Notes under the pieces: model-generated
Database searches by the model: none
Seen by the model: the letters and a program-made list of their open reading frames with translations, nothing else
What the model was told of the DNA's origin: nothing
Shown: positions 48,996 to 59,092 of the stretch, in pieces
How positions within the stretch are numbered: position 1 is the stretch's first letter
How the letters are laid out: the number at the start of each line of letters is the position of its first letter
Origin: an uncultured Fibrobacterota bacterium
GTDB taxonomy: Bacteria > Fibrobacterota > Chitinivibrionia > Chitinivibrionales > FEN-1185
Direction: 5' to 3'
NCBI GenBank assembly: GCA_963729895.1
Contig: CAVSQB010000003.1
Location: 128,001 to 192,000, forward strand
DNA: 64,000 nucleotides
Program-made: the position numbers and the translations under genes

Positions 48996-51900
48996 TTATC
49001 TGACAATCATCAGCCGCACTTTGCTGTCAAAGGATTCGGCTTTCATCTGAACGATATACATCCCTGCGCCCGTGGTCGAGCCGTTCCACATGACCGTGTA
49101 ATGGCCCGCGGCGTACTCGCCCGATGCAATCTGGCGCACCAGACGTCCGCTCACGTCAAACAGATTAATCGTCAACTCGTGCAGGGTCTTGGCGTCGTAC
49201 GCCACGTCAAACATGATTTTCATTATACCGCTGCCGGCCATGCATGTGCCATGCACGGCACATGCCTTGATGAAATAGGAGCTCGGAACCGACAGGCTTC
49301 CCAGGAATACTCCATTGTCGCTGTAGGACATTTTTGCAAGCGATTTCGATCCGCTTTCGCTGAATTCCAAAGGATACTCTTTCGATCCGTCCCACAGTTT
49401 CAGATTAATTGCCTCGCCTTTCGTAAGGCCATCCTTGATTTTCTTCTGGGAATTTTTGCCCCATACCGAGAACGCAGTCGCGCCCTTCATGACGACTCCC
49501 GACCCGACCAGATTGCCCTGGTCGTCATACGCCCCCACTTCCACTCCATCCGCGGCCGGCTTGCCGCATAGCGACACATCAGTCGCCAGTATGGTGGCAC
49601 TAACGCCCGTGTTCTTGTTGAGCACATAATGCTTGGCTAAAGGAAGGGCGATGGTTTTGTCGGCAGTCACTGCCCTCTTAGCCGCTCCCGCGTCCGGATA
49701 CGTGAGCGTGACAGCCTGGTTCATATAGCTCATGTATCCCTGGCCAGGGTTCATCATGCCGATATTGTTTATCGAGTATTCGGGCCAGTACACGTCGCCG
49801 TTATTGTCCTTCACTATGGTTATCTGTGAAGTTATGCCTGCCAAGGCGGTCGTGATGTCCATGGAGGACTGCGGCAGATAGGCGAACATATTCCACCCTG
49901 CACCAAGCGAAATAGGCGTCGTCGCCACATTGTAGGGCGTGCCCGGTATCGTGATTGTGTCAAGCGTGTCAGTGTAGAGCTGGTATCCCTGCCCGGTTGC
50001 CACGCTTCCTATGGTATTGACGCCATACAAAGGCCAGTAGACCTGTCCGTTGTTGTTCTTGACAAGAACAATGCCCGGCAGGCTGCCGAATAGCGTGGCG
50101 CATGAGGAATCCACCGGATGCATGTTGAAGGAGATCATGTTCCAGCCCACATTCGCAATCACGGATTGCGGCCGCACAGTGGTAAAACTTGATACGGCAG
50201 ACCACTGGCTCGTGCCCGCAGCGTTGGCCGCATTTATCTGCCAGTAGTAAACCGAGTTATTGGACAGCCCCGTTATCTGCTGAGAAGTTGCGGTCAGACC
50301 GGTGAAACTGTAAACAACGGACGAAAAATCAGGAACGGTTGACATCTGTAACCCGTAGGATGTTGCCCCGGTCGAGGCATTCCAGGCGAGAGTCGGACTG
50401 GTGGTAGTTCCTGCTGCGCCGTTTATCGGAGAGGCTATAGTCGGCGTCTGCGGGGTAGCAATAATGGTCGTGAAATTGAACGTGTCGGAATACCCGCTGT
50501 AACCGCCCGCATTCTTCGCGCCCACGCGCCAGTAGTACTGGGTACTGTTCGACAAGGCGATTGCCACCGTCCATGTTGTGCCCGTGATGCTGTCTTTCTG
50601 ACAGGCCAGCGTAGATAGGGCCGCGTCAGAAAAGATCTGCACCCGATACCCTGTGGCACCGGTCGAGCTTGTCCACGTCAGGGCCGGGCTTACCGATACA
50701 CCGGTGGCGCCGGTGGCAGGAGACACGAGGGCCGGTACCGACGGCTTGGCAACTATGGACGTGAAACTGAACGTGTCGGAATAGCCGCTGTAACCGCCCG
50801 CGTTCTTCGCGCCTACCCGCCAGTAGTACTGAGTACTGTTCGACAAGGCGATGGCCACCGTCCACGTTGTGCCCGTAATGCTGTCTTTCTGATACGCAAG
50901 CGTAGATAGGGCCGGGTCGGAAAAAATCTGCACCCGATACCCTGTGGCACCAGTCGCGCTTGTCCAGGTCAGGGCCGGGCTCACCGATACACCGGTGGCG
51001 CCGGTGGCAGGTGACACAAGGGCCGGCACCAACGGCTTGGCAATTATGGTCGTGAAATTGAACGTGTCGGAATACCCGCTGTAACCGCCCGCATTCTTCG
51101 CACCCACGCGCCAGTAGTACTGAGTACTGTTCGACAAGGCGATTGCCACGGTCCAGGTCGTGCCCGTGATGCTGTCCTTCTGATACGCAAGCGTGGATAG
51201 GGCCGCGTCGGAAAAGATCTGCACCCGATACCCTGTGGCGCCAGTCGCGCTTGTCCAGGTCAGGGCCGGGCTTACCGATACACCGGTGGTGCCCGTGGCA
51301 GGAGACACGAGGGCCGGTACCAACGGCTTGGCAACTATGGTCGTGAAATTAAACGTGTCGGAATACCCGCTGTAACCGCCCGCATTCTTCGCACCCACGC
51401 GCCAGTAGTACTGGGTATTATTCAGCAGGCTGACGGCCACCGTCCAGGTCGTTCCCGTGATACTGTCTTTCTGATAGGCCAGCGTGGATAGGGCCGGGTC
51501 GGAAAAAATCTGCAGCCGATATCCTGTGGCACCGGTCGCGCTTGTCCAGGTCAGGGCCGGGCTCACCGATACACCGGTGGCGCCGGTGGCAGGAGACACG
51601 AGAGCGGGCACCAACGGCTTGGCAATTATGGTCGTGAAATTGAACGTGTCGGAATATGCGCCGTAGCCGCTGATGTTCTTCGCATCCACGCGCCAGTAGT
51701 ACTGCGTGCTGTTCAGCAGGCTGACGGCCACGGTCCATGTTGTGCCGGTGATGCTGTCCTTCTGATAGGCAAGCGTAGAAAGGGCAGGGTCGGAAAAGAT
51801 CTGCAGCCGATACCCTGTGGCGCCGGTCGCGCTTGTCCAGGTCAAGGCCGGACTTACCGATACCCCGGTGGCGCCATTTGCAGGAGACACGAGGGCCGGC

Positions 51901-54900
51901 ACTGTGGGCAAATAAATCACAGTAAAATTCCAAGCAGAAGACCATCCGCTGGTACCACCCGCATTAGTGGCGTTTACTCTCCAGTAATAAACCGTGTTGT
52001 TCGTGGCCGCACCTGGTACTCCCAGAGACGTTGAAGTGAGACCCGATTGATCATAGACAATTGATAAGAAATCGGATGACGCAGATACTTGAAGTTCGTA
52101 GGACGTTGCACCGGCCGCATTGTTCCAAGACAATGTCGGACTGGGCAGCGTGGTTGCCCCTGTGGACGGAGAAGCAAGCGCAGGAGCTGGTGGTGCTGCT
52201 ACAATAGTCGTGAAATTTGATACAGTTGACCAGGAACTCGTCGCTCCGGCATTCGAGGCATTGACTCTCCAATAGTACATGGTATTGTTGGAGGTTACAC
52301 CTGTCACTGCCTGAGACGTTGAAGTAAGACCGGGTTGATCATAAACAGTTGAAGAAAAACCGGCCGATAAGGACACTTGAAGCTCGTACGAAGATGCAGT
52401 CGCCACACTCCCCCACGATAAAGTCGAGTTGAGCGCAACACCGGTCGCCCCGCTGGCCGGCAAAGAAAGTGCCGGCGCAGAAAGAGGCGTGACCGTCAGC
52501 GTTGCATTTGTTGAGGTGGCTGATCCATACGGATTTGTTGCCACGCAATAGAACTGGGCCCCGTTGTCACTCGTGCTTGTCGCCGGCGTCGTGTAAGAAC
52601 TTAAAGTGGCGCCAAGAATGGACGCTGAGTTCTTGTACCACTGATAAGTCAACGTGGGGCTGCCTGTTGCCCCAACTGTGAATGTCGCGGTTAATCCGGC
52701 AGTGGCACTCTGATTTGCAGGTTGCGTGGTAATTGAAGGAGGCACATTTACCGTCAGCGTTGCTGATGTTGATGTTGAGCTGGCAGACCCCGGCGAGCAC
52801 GTATTCGTAACCACGCAATAAAATGCAGACCCATTATCAGTTGGAACTGTTGCGGGCGTCGTGTACGTTGCCGCAGTCGCTCCGCTCGTAATGAGGGCGC
52901 TATTCTTATACCATTGATAGCTTAATGTTCCGGTACCGGTTGCCGTCACCGAGAAGGTTGCAGTTTGTCCGGAAATGACACTTGCATTTGAAGGATTGGC
53001 AGCAATCGTAGGGGACAAATTTAGATCCACTGTAATTGATGTTGCATTGTAGTGAACGGCAGGAGTATAGCAGCCGCCGGCTGTGACAGACGAAAAGGTG
53101 CCGCTGATGCCGCCTGCGGGTTTGGCAACTTGCACGATAGTGACTCCGGTTACCGGTCCGGAGAGTCCGGTGACATCAATGACCAGCGGCACGCCGGCGG
53201 CGTTGAAAATCGCACCGGCATTGCTGAGGTAAACTATATCAGCTGTGCTCGAAGGTGCTTTGATCTTCAAAGTGGAAGTGGCATTGAAGGCAGGACCTGT
53301 GGCATTTGACAAGGTCAAGGTTCCGGTGCTGCCGCTCAAAGTCGGCTCAATGGTGCCGCCGTTGCTGACTGTCACGGCACCATTCACAGTGCCGGTGCCG
53401 CCCAAAGTGCCCCCGCTTTGAACCGTTACCGCGCTCCCTGGAGCAGTCGAGCCGTTGACTGAAAGCATGCCTCCGCTGATTGTCGTTGTGCCGGTGTAGG
53501 TGTTTGCACCGGAAAGCGTAATGGTTCCGGTGCCGGTTTTAATCAGCGCGCCGGTGCCGGAAATTATCCCTGCATAGGCGGCGGGACTGGTATTGTCACT
53601 GCCTACTGTCAAGGTGGCGGCTCCGAGAACCACAGTGCCGCCGGCTGCGCCGCCGCCCGTGAGTGATCCGATCGAGTTGTTGTAGCCGGTGATATTGAGA
53701 ATCGCTCCCGCAGCATTCGCCACCGTCACCGCAGAATTACCAAATGCGGATGTTGAGCCCGCAGCCAGTGTTCCCGCATTGATTATCGTCGCGCCGGTAT
53801 AGGTGTTGGATCCGGCAAAGGTTAGCGTTCCGCCGCCGGCTTTCGTCAAAGAATAGCCGCCGCTTATCGCTCCGCCGACTGTCAAGGTACTCGCGTTCAC
53901 CGTAACCTGGCAGTTAGCGCCTGGTGAGACCGCGCCTGCGCCCATGTTCAGGGCATTCGTACCGCCAAAGGTGAAGTTCCCGTTCCATGCCTGCGGATAA
54001 TTCGACATGGTGAGCGCCCCTGCCGTGGTATTGATTGTTCCGCCTGCAATGGTGAAAGTCCCGGCTGCATTTCCCAGGGCAGATGCATTATTGATGTTAA
54101 GCGTTCCGGCATTCAGCGTAAAGCCGCCGGTGAAGGTGTTCGCGCCGGAGAGAGTAAGGGTTCCGCCGCCGGCTTGAGCCAAAGAATAGCCGCCGCCTAT
54201 CACTCCGCCGACCGTCAAAGTACTCCCGTTCACCGTAACCAGGCAGTTGGTCCCCAGCGAGACGGCGCCCGTGCCCATGTTCAGGTTATTGGTACCCGCA
54301 AAGGTGAAGTTTGCGTTCCATGCCTGCGGATAATTCGCCATGGTGAGCGACCCGCCCGTGCTGCTGTTGATCGTTCCGCCTGCAATAGTGAAAATCCCGG
54401 TTGCAGCGCCCAAGGCCGAGGAATTGTTGATGTTCAGCGTTCCGGCATTCAGCGTAAAGCCGCCGGTGAAGGAGTTTGCGCCGGAAAGAGTAAGGGTTCC
54501 AGCGCCGGCTTTCGCCAAAGAATAGCCGCCGCTTATCAATCCGCCGACCGTTAAGGTACTCGCGTTGGCCGTAACCAGGCAGTTTGCGCCCAGCGAGACC
54601 GTGCCGGTGCCCATGTTCAGGGAACTCGTCCCGGTAAAGGTGAAGTTTCCGTTCCATGCCTGCGGATAATTCGACATGGTGAGCGCACCGGCTGTATTAT
54701 TGATGGTGGTTCCGCCTGCAATGGTGAAAGTCCCGGTAGCAGCACCCAAGGCCGACCCATTGTTGATATTCAGGGTTCCGGCATTCAGGGTAAAGCCGCC
54801 CGTAAAGGTATTTGTGCCCGAAAGAGTAAGGGTGCCTGCGCCGGTTTGAGTCAAAGAATAACCGCCGCTTATCGCCCCGCCGACTGTCAAAGTGTTGGCG

Positions 54901-57245
54901 CCCAGAGTAACCTGGGTGTTGGCGCCCAGTGCCACCGCGCCCGTACCCATGTTCAGGTTATTGGTACCCGTAAAGGTGAAGTTTCCGTTCCATGCCTGCG
55001 GATAATTCACCATGGTGACGGTTCCACCCGTGGTATTATTGATGGTGGTTCCGGGCGCAATGGTGAAAGTCCCGGCCGCATTTCCCAGGGCCGATGCATT
55101 GTTGATGTTCAGGGTTCCGGCATTCAGCGAAAAGCCGCCGGTAAAGGTGTTTGCGCCGGAAAGAGTAAGGATGCCGGCGCCTGCTTCAGCCAGAGAATAA
55201 CCGCCGCTTATCACTCCGCCGACTGTCAAGGTGCTGGCGCCCAGAGTAACCTGGGTGTTGGCGCCAAGTGTGACCGCTCCGGCACCCATGTTCAAGGTAT
55301 TCGTTCCGGTAAAGGTGAAGTTCCCGTTCCATGTTTGCGGATGATTCACCATGGTGATTGCCTCGCCCGTGGTATTATTGATGGTGGTTCCACCTGCAAT
55401 AGTGAAAATTCCGGCAGCAGTACCCAGGGCCGATGCATTGTTGATGTTCATCGTTCCGCCATTCAGCGTAAAACCACCGGTAAAGGTGTTTGCTGCGGTA
55501 AGAGTGAGGGTTCCGGTGCCGGTCTTTATAACTGCACCAGTGCCGGAAATAATCCCTGCATAGGCGGCAGGGCTGGTATTATCACCGCCGACCGTCAAGG
55601 TGGCGGCTCCGAGAGTCACATTGCCGCCCGCTGCGCCGCCGCCCGTGAGTGATCCGATTGAATTGTTGTAACCGGTAATGTTGAGAACCGCTCCTGCAGT
55701 GTTGGCCAATACCACCGCAGAATTAGTGCCGAATGCAGATGTTGAGCCTGCAGCCAGAGTTCCCGCGTTAATTGTCGTGGCCCCGGTGTAGGTGTTTGCA
55801 CCGGAAATGGTAAGAGTTCCTGCGCCGGCTTTAGTCAAGGCATGGCCGCCGCTTATCACTCCGCCAACCGTCAGGGTGCTTGCGCCCACCGTAACCTGGC
55901 AGTTAGCGCCTGTTGAGACCGCGCCCGCACCCATGTTCAGGGCATTCGCACCGGTAAAGGTGTAGTTCCCGTTCCATATCTGCGGATAATTCACCAAGGT
56001 GATTGCCCCGCCCGCGGTATTATTGATGGTGGTTCCGGCTGCAATGGTAAATTTCCCGGCCGCATTTCCCAAGGCCGATGCATTATTGATGTTCAGGGTT
56101 CCTGCATTGAGGGTAAAACCGCCGGTGAAGGTGTTCGCGCCCGAAAGGGTAAGGGTGCCTGCGCCGGTTTGAGACAAAGAATAGCCGCCGCCTACCACGC
56201 CGCCGACTGTCAAAGTGCTCGCATCCACGGTAATCTGGCTGTTGGCGCCCAGCGAGACCGAGCCCGTGCCCATGTTCAGGGCACTTGTGCCGGTAAAGGT
56301 GAAGTTCCCGTTCCATGTCTGCGGATAATTCGACATGGTGATCGCCCCGGCCGTGGTATTATTGATGGTTGTTCCGGCTGCAATGGTGAAAGTCCCTGCC
56401 GCATTTCCCAAGGCCGATGCATTGTTGATATTCAGGGTTCCGCCATTCAGCGTAAAACCGCCGGTAAAGGTGTTTGCGCCCGAAAGGGTAATGGTGCCTG
56501 CGCCGGCTTGAGTCAAAGAATAGCCGCCGCTTATCACTCCGCCGACTGCAAAAGTGCTCGCGTTCGCGGTAACCTGGCAGTTGGTCCCCAGCGAGACCGC
56601 GCCGGTGCCCATGGTCAGGGCATTCGTGCCGGCAAAGGTATAGTTCCCGTTCCAGACCTGCGCATTATTATTCTTTAGCGTGATAGGTCCCCCGCTCGTG
56701 TTGTCTATCGTCGTGCCCGAGCCATACGTGATAGCTCCGGTGCCGATCGCTGTCGCGCTATTGATATTGAGTTGTCCGGCCGAAAGAGTGGTGCCTCCCG
56801 TATAGGTGTTTGCACCGGAAAGAGTGAGAGCGCCGACCCCTGTTTTATTCAAAGCAACCGTGCCGTTTCCGGCAATGACTGAGCTGATGGTGGCAATTCC
56901 GGAAACGTTGACGTTAATGATGCCGGCGCCAGTCGGATTCAGAGTGATGGTGCTGCCGCTCACGGAGTATCCGCTGACATTAAATGTAATGGAGTTGGGA
57001 TTATTCGGCAACGCCGCGGTCACAGCGCAGGCAGTGTCATCAAAAATGGCATCATCTCCAGCGGCGAATTTCTGGTTGGCAGTACCTCCCGAAGTGAGGG
57101 ACCAATTAACATTAGTTGCATTCCACGTGCCGTCGCCACCGACCCAATATTTGGTTGCCGCTCCAGCTCCCTGCCACATCGTCATCAAGATCAATGCCGC
57201 AATAACAAACGTAGCGTTTCGAGCGAAAACCCTTTTTGCAGCCAT
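48996..57245 (-). CDS. Giant (2749 aa) secreted adhesin-like protein: autotransporter-associated beta-strand repeats, Ig domains, FN3 repeats, T9SS/FlgD-like tail
   Basis: GGAGG RBS, signal peptide, K.G.GTLTLSGANT repeats, two LSYQWYKN-type Ig domains, YYWRV FN3 repeats, LFDVSGRLV..GMYIV tail. Confidence 0.9.
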   Translation of the reverse strand: MAAKRVFARNATFVIAALILMTMWQGAGAATKYWVGGDGTWNATNVNWSLTSGGTANQKFAAGDDAIFDDTACAVTAALPNNPNSITFNVSGYSVSGSTITLNPTGAGIINVNVSGIATISSVIAGNGTVALNKTGVGALTLSGANTYTGGTTLSAGQLNINSATAIGTGAITYGSGTTIDNTSGGPITLKNNNAQVWNGNYTFAGTNALTMGTGAVSLGTNCQVTANASTFAVGGVISGGYSLTQAGAGTITLSGANTFTGGFTLNGGTLNINNASALGNAAGTFTIAAGTTINNTTAGAITMSNYPQTWNGNFTFTGTSALNMGTGSVSLGANSQITVDASTLTVGGVVGGGYSLSQTGAGTLTLSGANTFTGGFTLNAGTLNINNASALGNAAGKFTIAAGTTINNTAGGAITLVNYPQIWNGNYTFTGANALNMGAGAVSTGANCQVTVGASTLTVGGVISGGHALTKAGAGTLTISGANTYTGATTINAGTLAAGSTSAFGTNSAVVLANTAGAVLNITGYNNSIGSLTGGGAAGGNVTLGAATLTVGGDNTSPAAYAGIISGTGAVIKTGTGTLTLTAANTFTGGFTLNGGTMNINNASALGTAAGIFTIAGGTTINNTTGEAITMVNHPQTWNGNFTFTGTNTLNMGAGAVTLGANTQVTLGASTLTVGGVISGGYSLAEAGAGILTLSGANTFTGGFSLNAGTLNINNASALGNAAGTFTIAPGTTINNTTGGTVTMVNYPQAWNGNFTFTGTNNLNMGTGAVALGANTQVTLGANTLTVGGAISGGYSLTQTGAGTLTLSGTNTFTGGFTLNAGTLNINNGSALGAATGTFTIAGGTTINNTAGALTMSNYPQAWNGNFTFTGTSSLNMGTGTVSLGANCLVTANASTLTVGGLISGGYSLAKAGAGTLTLSGANSFTGGFTLNAGTLNINNSSALGAATGIFTIAGGTINSSTGGSLTMANYPQAWNANFTFAGTNNLNMGTGAVSLGTNCLVTVNGSTLTVGGVIGGGYSLAQAGGGTLTLSGANTFTGGFTLNAGTLNINNASALGNAAGTFTIAGGTINTTAGALTMSNYPQAWNGNFTFGGTNALNMGAGAVSPGANCQVTVNASTLTVGGAISGGYSLTKAGGGTLTFAGSNTYTGATIINAGTLAAGSTSAFGNSAVTVANAAGAILNITGYNNSIGSLTGGGAAGGTVVLGAATLTVGSDNTSPAAYAGIISGTGALIKTGTGTITLSGANTYTGTTTISGGMLSVNGSTAPGSAVTVQSGGTLGGTGTVNGAVTVSNGGTIEPTLSGSTGTLTLSNATGPAFNATSTLKIKAPSSTADIVYLSNAGAIFNAAGVPLVIDVTGLSGPVTGVTIVQVAKPAGGISGTFSSVTAGGCYTPAVHYNATSITVDLNLSPTIAANPSNASVISGQTATFSVTATGTGTLSYQWYKNSALITSGATAATYTTPATVPTDNGSAFYCVVTNTCSPGSASSTSTSATLTVNVPPSITTQPANQSATAGLTATFTVGATGSPTLTYQWYKNSASILGATLSSYTTPATSTSDNGAQFYCVATNPYGSATSTNATLTVTPLSAPALSLPASGATGVALNSTLSWGSVATASSYELQVSLSAGFSSTVYDQPGLTSTSQAVTGVTSNNTMYYWRVNASNAGATSSWSTVSNFTTIVAAPPAPALASPSTGATTLPSPTLSWNNAAGATSYELQVSASSDFLSIVYDQSGLTSTSLGVPGAATNNTVYYWRVNATNAGGTSGWSSAWNFTVIYLPTVPALVSPANGATGVSVSPALTWTSATGATGYRLQIFSDPALSTLAYQKDSITGTTWTVAVSLLNSTQYYWRVDAKNISGYGAYSDTFNFTTIIAKPLVPALVSPATGATGVSVSPALTWTSATGATGYRLQIFSDPALSTLAYQKDSITGTTWTVAVSLLNNTQYYWRVGAKNAGGYSGYSDTFNFTTIVAKPLVPALVSPATGTTGVSVSPALTWTSATGATGYRVQIFSDAALSTLAYQKDSITGTTWTVAIALSNSTQYYWRVGAKNAGGYSGYSDTFNFTTIIAKPLVPALVSPATGATGVSVSPALTWTSATGATGYRVQIFSDPALSTLAYQKDSITGTTWTVAIALSNSTQYYWRVGAKNAGGYSGYSDTFSFTSIVAKPSVPALVSPATGATGVSVSPALTWTSSTGATGYRVQIFSDAALSTLACQKDSITGTTWTVAIALSNSTQYYWRVGAKNAGGYSGYSDTFNFTTIIATPQTPTIASPINGAAGTTTSPTLAWNASTGATSYGLQMSTVPDFSSVVYSFTGLTATSQQITGLSNNSVYYWQINAANAAGTSQWSAVSSFTTVRPQSVIANVGWNMISFNMHPVDSSCATLFGSLPGIVLVKNNNGQVYWPLYGVNTIGSVATGQGYQLYTDTLDTITIPGTPYNVATTPISLGAGWNMFAYLPQSSMDITTALAGITSQITIVKDNNGDVYWPEYSINNIGMMNPGQGYMSYMNQAVTLTYPDAGAAKRAVTADKTIALPLAKHYVLNKNTGVSATILATDVSLCGKPAADGVEVGAYDDQGNLVGSGVVMKGATAFSVWGKNSQKKIKDGLTKGEAINLKLWDGSKEYPLEFSESGSKSLAKMSYSDNGVFLGSLSVPSSYFIKACAVHGTCMAGSGIMKIMFDVAYDAKTLHELTINLFDVSGRLVRQIASGEYAAGHYTVMWNGSTTGAGMYIVQMKAESFDSKVRLMIVR
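50454..51908 (-). repeat. Five near-identical 291-bp (97-aa) FN3 tandem repeats
   Basis: PALVSPATGATGVSVSPALTWTS..YYWRV..DTFNFTT x5; 291-nt periodicity. Confidence 0.9.
53530..56835 (-). repeat. Eight ~113-aa and two ~100-aa beta-helix repeat units
   Basis: GTLTLSGANTFTGGFTLNAGTLNINNASALG.. x8 (3+5); GATTINAGTLAAGSTSAFG.. x2. Confidence 0.85.
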
Positions 57246-57403
57246 CCTATGCCTCCCCTTGATTTCGATGTCGGTTTCGGAGGTTAATTTCCGATCACCC
57301 TGAAATGGGCTAGATTTCTGGAATGAACTTATACGCTTAACTCAGCCTCAATTATATCTCCTTTCAAAAAAATTGCAACATTTTTTTTGATTTTATTTCT
57401 TAC

Positions 57404-58708
57404 CGCATTGCCTCAAATTAAATGTAACCGAAGGCTTAATCGAAACACGCACCAATTGATTCGTTGCCTCATAATTAAGGTAACCCAAGAAAAAAGGGGG
57501 TTACCACTATGGGGCACAAAGAAAAAGAAGCATATCGGGAAGCGATACGACAACGATATGCCCATTCCAACAGAGCCGGCAAAAAGCAGATTCTCGATGA
57601 GTTTTGTGCGATTTGCCGATACAATCGCAAGTACGCTATCCGGCTACTTGGAAAACGCAAACAGAAACAAAAAGCCAAGCGTGGAAGAAGACCCTTATAT
57701 GCTGAACCGCTTTTTATTAAGGCGTTACAGTACATCTGGAAAGCCTCTGATTTCATGTGCTCTCGCCGCCTTAAGGTTGTCATTCCAGTATGGCTGCCAT
57801 TCTACGAACAATCCTTTGAACTGCTTTCCGAGGAAGTCCGTGCGCGGCTCCTCTCTGTCAGCCGCTCCACGCTTGACCGCGTCCTATGCCCTTTACGTAC
57901 GCGTATGGGCAAGGGATTGTGCGGCACCAAGCCCGGCTCCATGCTGCGCAATCAAATCCCCATCCGTACCGACAACTGGGATATTACCCAGCCTGGATTC
58001 ATGGAGGCGGATACGGTTGCCCATTGCGGCACCAGCCTTGCCGGAGAATTTGTGTGGAGCCTTATCATGACTGACATCCATACTGCTTGGACCGAAGGCC
58101 GTGCTGTGTGGAATAAGGGCTCCCAGGGTGTCATTGAGCAGGTTAAAGACATCGAACGACGAATACCTTTTGCCCTGCGTGGCTTTGACTGTGATAACGG
58201 GTCCGAGTTCCTCAACTATCATCTCGAACGCTACTTCGCCGTGCGACAAGACCCTGTAAAGTTCACCCGGTCACGTCCCTACAAGAAAAACGACAACGCC
58301 CATGTCGAACAGAAAAACTGGGCGCAGGCCAGGCACATGCTTGGTTATGATCGGATCGAAAACCCCGACACGCTTCCCCTCATTAACGACCTCTATGCCA
58401 ACGAGTGGTCTCTCTATCAAAACCACTTCTGTCCATCGCTGAAACTCAAATCTAAAATCCGGATAGGATCTCGATACCGCAAGACCTATGAAGAACCGAA
58501 AACTCCCTATCAAAGAATCGTTGAATCACCTTACATAGCTTCAGAAGTCAAGCAAAGCCTTGAACTGACCCACCGTGCTCTCAATCCATTCCAATTAAAA
58601 AAGACTATCGAAAGAAAACTCAAAACCATTTTCAACCTTGTTACGGTTACCTCATTTGTGAGGCATCGAATCTGACCCTTCGGTTACCTTTTATTATGAG
58701 GCAACACG
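57404..58708 (+). mobile_element. Complete IS (ISNCY-like, rve/DDE transposase), ~1305 bp
   Basis: IRL CGCATTGCCTCAAATTAAATGTAACCGAAGG vs IRR(rc) CGTGTTGCCTCATAATAAAAGGTAACCGAAGG; inner copies at 57463 and 58644; TTAC on both flanks (57400-03, 58709-12). Confidence 0.8.
57509..58675 (+). CDS. DDE-type integrase/transposase
   Basis: ILDEFC..RKYAIRLL, EADTVAHCG, DCDNGSEF, SRPYKKNDNAHVEQKN. Confidence 0.92.
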   Translation: MGHKEKEAYREAIRQRYAHSNRAGKKQILDEFCAICRYNRKYAIRLLGKRKQKQKAKRGRRPLYAEPLFIKALQYIWKASDFMCSRRLKVVIPVWLPFYEQSFELLSEEVRARLLSVSRSTLDRVLCPLRTRMGKGLCGTKPGSMLRNQIPIRTDNWDITQPGFMEADTVAHCGTSLAGEFVWSLIMTDIHTAWTEGRAVWNKGSQGVIEQVKDIERRIPFALRGFDCDNGSEFLNYHLERYFAVRQDPVKFTRSRPYKKNDNAHVEQKNWAQARHMLGYDRIENPDTLPLINDLYANEWSLYQNHFCPSLKLKSKIRIGSRYRKTYEEPKTPYQRIVESPYIASEVKQSLELTHRALNPFQLKKTIERKLKTIFNLVTVTSFVRHRI

Positions 58709-58792
58709 TTACTCCCCAGAGACTGCATTTTCTCGCCCGGGCATTGGTTTTGCCGACGAACCACGTTTACTTTTTGAAAGTGGAGGTTTCCT

Positions 58793-58906
58793 ATGGCTTT
58801 AGTAGGAAAAATCGGGCTGGTCAAATTGCAAAAATCGTTGGGACCGGATCAAACGATTGACAGAAAATACAAGGAGACTGCGCAGGTTATTCGTTTGCGG
58901 CGGTAA
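58793..58906 (+). pseudogene. 37-aa ORF, probable decayed small HTH-protein gene
   Basis: GGAGG RBS; MALVGKIGLVKLQKSLGPDQTIDRKYKETAQVIRLRR*. Confidence 0.35.
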
Positions 58907-59092
58907 TGAGGCAGCGGACTCAAACTTGCCTATTATTCATCAACCTGGATTTGTTGTTAAAGTCCTCAACTTTCATCTTGACGATATGCAACCCCGCGCT
59001 TGTCATCACACCGTTCAACGGTAAGGTGTAATGGCCTGCAGCGCACTGAGCACGCGCAATCTGATGCACCTGACAGTACAATCACACGTGGT

